This document shows positions 61,181 through 64,000 of a stretch of DNA of 64,000 nt, piece by piece; position 1 is the stretch's first letter; the number at the start of each line of letters is the position of its first letter. The notes under the pieces were generated by a model. That model was not told the origin of the DNA, searched no databases, and saw only the letters and a list, made by a program, of their open reading frames with translations. The stretch comes from an uncultured Acidimicrobiia bacterium (lineage in GTDB: Bacteria; Acidobacteriota; Terriglobia; Versatilivoradales; Versatilivoraceae), in the NCBI GenBank assembly GCA_963786955.1, contig CAWBAT010000007.1, forward strand, positions 96,001-160,000, written 5' to 3'. A program made the position numbers and the translations under genes.

Positions 61181-61264
61181 GCAGAAGGCAGTAGGCAAAC
61201 GGCAGAAAGCAGAAAGCAGAAAGCAGAAAGCAGAAAGCAGAAAGCAGAAAGCAGAAAGCAGAAA
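61181..61264 (+). repeat. Heptamer tandem repeat (GCAGAAA)x9 plus 3 degenerate units
   Basis: Directly visible between pheS and pheT. Confidence 0.95.
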
Positions 61265-61284
61265 GCTAATCTCCAATCTATTCT

Positions 61285-63357
61285 ATGAAAATCAGCACTC
61301 GATGGCTCAAGGATTTTGTTGACCTTCAAGTTGCTCCGGCTCAACTGGCGGACGATTTGACGAATTTGGGGGTTGTGGTGGAGACCATCGAGCCCGTTGG
61401 AGAGGATCAGGTTTTGAACCTGGATCTAACAACCAATCGCCCGGATTGTCTCAGTCATTTTGGAGTGGCTCGGGAAATTGCCGCTCACTATCAACTTTCC
61501 TTAAAGCCGGTTCGTTGTGAATTGGAAGAATCCTCTGAGCCTGCCAGCCTTGCGATCGGCCTTCTGATCGATGCACCTCGGCTTTGTTCCCGCTACAGCG
61601 CCCGGATCATTCGCGGTGTGCGGGTGGGACCTTCACCCTCTTGGCTAAGCCAGCGTTTGGAGAGCTTGGGAGTACGGTCGATTAATAATGTCGTGGATGT
61701 GACGAACTACGTTCTTTTAGAACTCGGACATCCGCTGCATGCTTTTGATCTCGCGAAAGTCGAAGGGAATCAGATCATTGTGCGAGAGGCAAGGGCGGGC
61801 GAGATGCTGATAACGATTGACGGCATCCAGAGAGAGCTTAAGGAAGGGATGCTCCTGATCGCAGACCGGCAACGGGGGCTCGCGCTGGCCGGGATCATGG
61901 GGGGGCAGGATAGTGAAATCGGCCTTTCATCGGTCGATGTGCTTTTGGAAAGTGCCTGGTTTGATCCAATTTCGATCCGTCAAACGTCCAAAGCATTCAA
62001 CATGCATACCGAGGCTTCCCATCGATTCGAGAGAGGTGCGGATGTCGAGGCAACAATCCCGGCTTTGGATCGGGCCGCCGCACTCATCCAAGAAACTGCC
62101 GGCGGAGCGATATTACGAGGCATTGTCGATACCTATCCGGGGCGCCAACCCAGACCACTGATCCATTTACGGAAATCCCGAATCTCTCAAGTGATGGGGG
62201 CGGTCGTCGAGCCTGGATATATTGAACAGTTATTGAAGGCTTTGAATTTTCACTTCGTGAGTACGGATGCGAATGGTTGGAAAATTCGCCCTCCGACGTC
62301 TCGACTGGACGTGACTCGCGAAATTGATCTGATCGAAGAGATTGCGCGGCATTACGGATATGGGCGGTTCCCTTCCACGCTCCCAAATTGGCGTGGAGGC
62401 GCCAGCCGGAGGCCGGAAGTGTCCAGGCAAAGGAAGATCAAGCGGAGCCTGATGAGTCTGGGGTATACGGAGGTCCTGACGTACCCCTTTATCAACGCCA
62501 CTGAAAACAGCTCATTCAGTGACCGAGAACCCGTCCGCCTCTTAAATCCGCTTTCTCAAGAAACAGCCGTCATGCGGACCTCGCTACTTCCGGGGTTACT
62601 TTCTTCTTTTCTGAGAAATTACAATCGGGGGACTAAAACGGTCCAATTCTATGAGATGGGTCGGCTTTTTTGGGGGATTGAAGATGAGTTTTCCGAAGAA
62701 GTGGAATCTCTCGGAATGATCATCAGTGGCAATGCCCAAGAAAAATCTGCTCATGCAGGAACCGCAGCTTTCAGTTTCTTTGATTTGAAGGGGGATGTCG
62801 AAATCCTCATAGACGCCTTAGGATTGCCCTCGGAAAGAGTCCGATTTGTCCGCAGTCCCGAGCCCGTTCATGAACCGGAGTACTATCATCCAGCGGTTTC
62901 CTGTGAGCTGCGGCTTGACGAAACGAAGATTGGGGCTCTCGGGAGATTGCATCCAGTCATCTGCGAAGCCTATAAGATTCGACAAGCTGTGTTTGTAGCT
63001 GAGCTCTGGCTCGGTTCGTGCTATGGTTTTGAGATTGAAGAACGGGTATTTGGTGAATTTCCGAAATATCCTGCGGTATTGAGAGATCTCTCCATCGTGG
63101 TCGACAAGAAAGTAGATTACAGTTCGATTGAATCGGCCATACAGTCGGCGGGAATTCCTGAAATTCAGAAGGTGTTTCCTTTTGACCTCTATCTGGGAGA
63201 TCCGATGCCCCCCCACAAGAAGGGAATTTCGATCAGTATTGTGTTTCAAGGCAAGGACAGGACTTTATTAGAGGAGGAAATCAATCGGTATCAAGAACGC
63301 ATCCTGAATTTGCTGCGAGAGAATCTTGGTGCCGAGTTGAGGTCATCGCGTGAATAA
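61285..63357 (+). CDS. pheT: Phenylalanine--tRNA ligase beta subunit (lacks B2/OB domain)
   Basis: NRPDCLS, B3/4 INNVVDVTNY, RFERG, DLIEEIAR and FDX-ACB RDLS; 690 aa. Confidence 0.96.
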   Translation: MKISTRWLKDFVDLQVAPAQLADDLTNLGVVVETIEPVGEDQVLNLDLTTNRPDCLSHFGVAREIAAHYQLSLKPVRCELEESSEPASLAIGLLIDAPRLCSRYSARIIRGVRVGPSPSWLSQRLESLGVRSINNVVDVTNYVLLELGHPLHAFDLAKVEGNQIIVREARAGEMLITIDGIQRELKEGMLLIADRQRGLALAGIMGGQDSEIGLSSVDVLLESAWFDPISIRQTSKAFNMHTEASHRFERGADVEATIPALDRAAALIQETAGGAILRGIVDTYPGRQPRPLIHLRKSRISQVMGAVVEPGYIEQLLKALNFHFVSTDANGWKIRPPTSRLDVTREIDLIEEIARHYGYGRFPSTLPNWRGGASRRPEVSRQRKIKRSLMSLGYTEVLTYPFINATENSSFSDREPVRLLNPLSQETAVMRTSLLPGLLSSFLRNYNRGTKTVQFYEMGRLFWGIEDEFSEEVESLGMIISGNAQEKSAHAGTAAFSFFDLKGDVEILIDALGLPSERVRFVRSPEPVHEPEYYHPAVSCELRLDETKIGALGRLHPVICEAYKIRQAVFVAELWLGSCYGFEIEERVFGEFPKYPAVLRDLSIVVDKKVDYSSIESAIQSAGIPEIQKVFPFDLYLGDPMPPHKKGISISIVFQGKDRTLLEEEINRYQERILNLLRENLGAELRSSRE

Positions 63358-63601
63358 TGGGATAGAAAAATTCACTGACCTGGAGAATAAGGTCTATCGC
63401 GCCATCGAACTGTTCAAGGCTGGCAGAGTCCAGAAGGAGGCCCTTGAAAAAGAGCTTCTAAAGGTTAAAGCGCAGCTTGAAGAAACGCGGAAAGAAAATG
63501 ACCATCTCAAAAAACTATTGGTCGAGCACAGAGGCGAGCGAGACCAAGTCAAAGAAAAGGTCGAAGCACTCTTGCAGAATCTGGAGACGCTGGCCCTCTA
63601 A
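63350..63601 (+). CDS. ZapB-like coiled-coil cell division protein
   Basis: Short coiled coil directly after pheT (LENKVYRAIE...ERDQVKEKVEALL); position typical of zapB/zapA. Confidence 0.55.
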   Translation: MNNGIEKFTDLENKVYRAIELFKAGRVQKEALEKELLKVKAQLEETRKENDHLKKLLVEHRGERDQVKEKVEALLQNLETLAL

Positions 63602-63713
63602 AGAAGAATAAGGTGACGGAAATCAAGTGTCCCCCCTTGGCTAAGTTGAGCATGTCTCACATCCTTTGTGTTGGACACAGGGGGTGTCTGAAAGCCTCAC
63701 GCCGAACCAGTTT

Positions 63714-63880
63714 TCGGCCCTATAGGGGCCACCGATCGTAGCCCAGGGCAAGCGCGTTAGTGCGCCGCCCTGGGTAGAAGTAACAGCCGAGTTGACCCTT
63801 CTCCCCCGCGCCCAGGTCTTTAGGTCCAGTGAAACGGTCTCCCAGCAGGGGGAGAGGGGATTGGGCAGTGGGGGGGACGG
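63714..63880. repeat. Uninterrupted CCCAGGGC..GCCCTGGG REP with GGCCC-TATAG-GGGCC hairpin, plus CCCTTCTCCCCC..GGGGGAGAGGG hairpin
   Basis: Same family as the REPs hosting the DUF1670 elements; shows the empty target. Confidence 0.7.
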
Positions 63881-64000
63881 CATAACTTGGTGCTCTCCAC
63901 CAAGCCCCCGTGTCCAGCCACCTGACTTATGGGTCAAGATTACTGAACCCGGAGGGGAGTATCTTGGAAGAGATCGCTGCAAAGAATAACTGCAAAGGAG

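Noticed and set aside
61181-61264. CRISPR array
   Set aside because: Contiguous 7-mers without spacers, and no cas genes in the window.
60940-61344. Minus-strand ORF with SAFCFLL repeats
   Set aside because: Artefact of the heptamer repeat, antisense to pheS/pheT.
63641-63989. ORFs or 6S RNA after the ZapB-like gene
   Set aside because: The sequence is explained by REP palindromes; no convincing 6S structure or zapA within the window.

Overview
Bacterial DNA, probably Acidobacteriota (inferred from the B2-less PheT, the GH38/CRTAC1/TPR gene content and an integron remnant whose intI is co-oriented with its cassettes). 1-24.6 kb is a long minus-strand cluster of exported glycoside hydrolases (three GH38-like, one GH106-like) interleaved with two CRTAC1/ASPIC-UnbV proteins, a TPR protein and a membrane multiheme cytochrome c, with Cys-rich Rrf2 and PAS-LuxR regulators at its head. 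24.7-47 kb is a mix of accessory and metabolic genes: beta-carbonic anhydrase, TylF methyltransferase, an FRP-like protein, Sua5, a broken GH29 fucosidase, a D-threonine aldolase-like enzyme, LMF, DedA, SDR, an M28 peptidase, a radical SAM protein, a GxxExxY gene with a DNA-methyltransferase remnant, and a frameshifted Lhr helicase. 47.1-52.7 kb is a mobile-DNA hotspot. It holds a decayed integron (intI 3' tail, attI, canonical attC, cassettes, IS481-like end) and two head-to-head copies of a ~1.7 kb two-gene DUF1670 element. Each copy sits in the 3-nt loop of the same REP-type hairpin, with its own 3-bp direct repeat, palindromic ends and a conserved structured leader. This element is the best candidate for an undescribed system. 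52.7-64 kb is housekeeping: HDAC, mnmA, iscS, thrS, infC (AUC start), rpmI, rplT, pheS, pheT and a ZapB-like gene. Several REP-like palindrome families occupy the intergenic spacers. No rRNA, tRNA or CRISPR array was seen.
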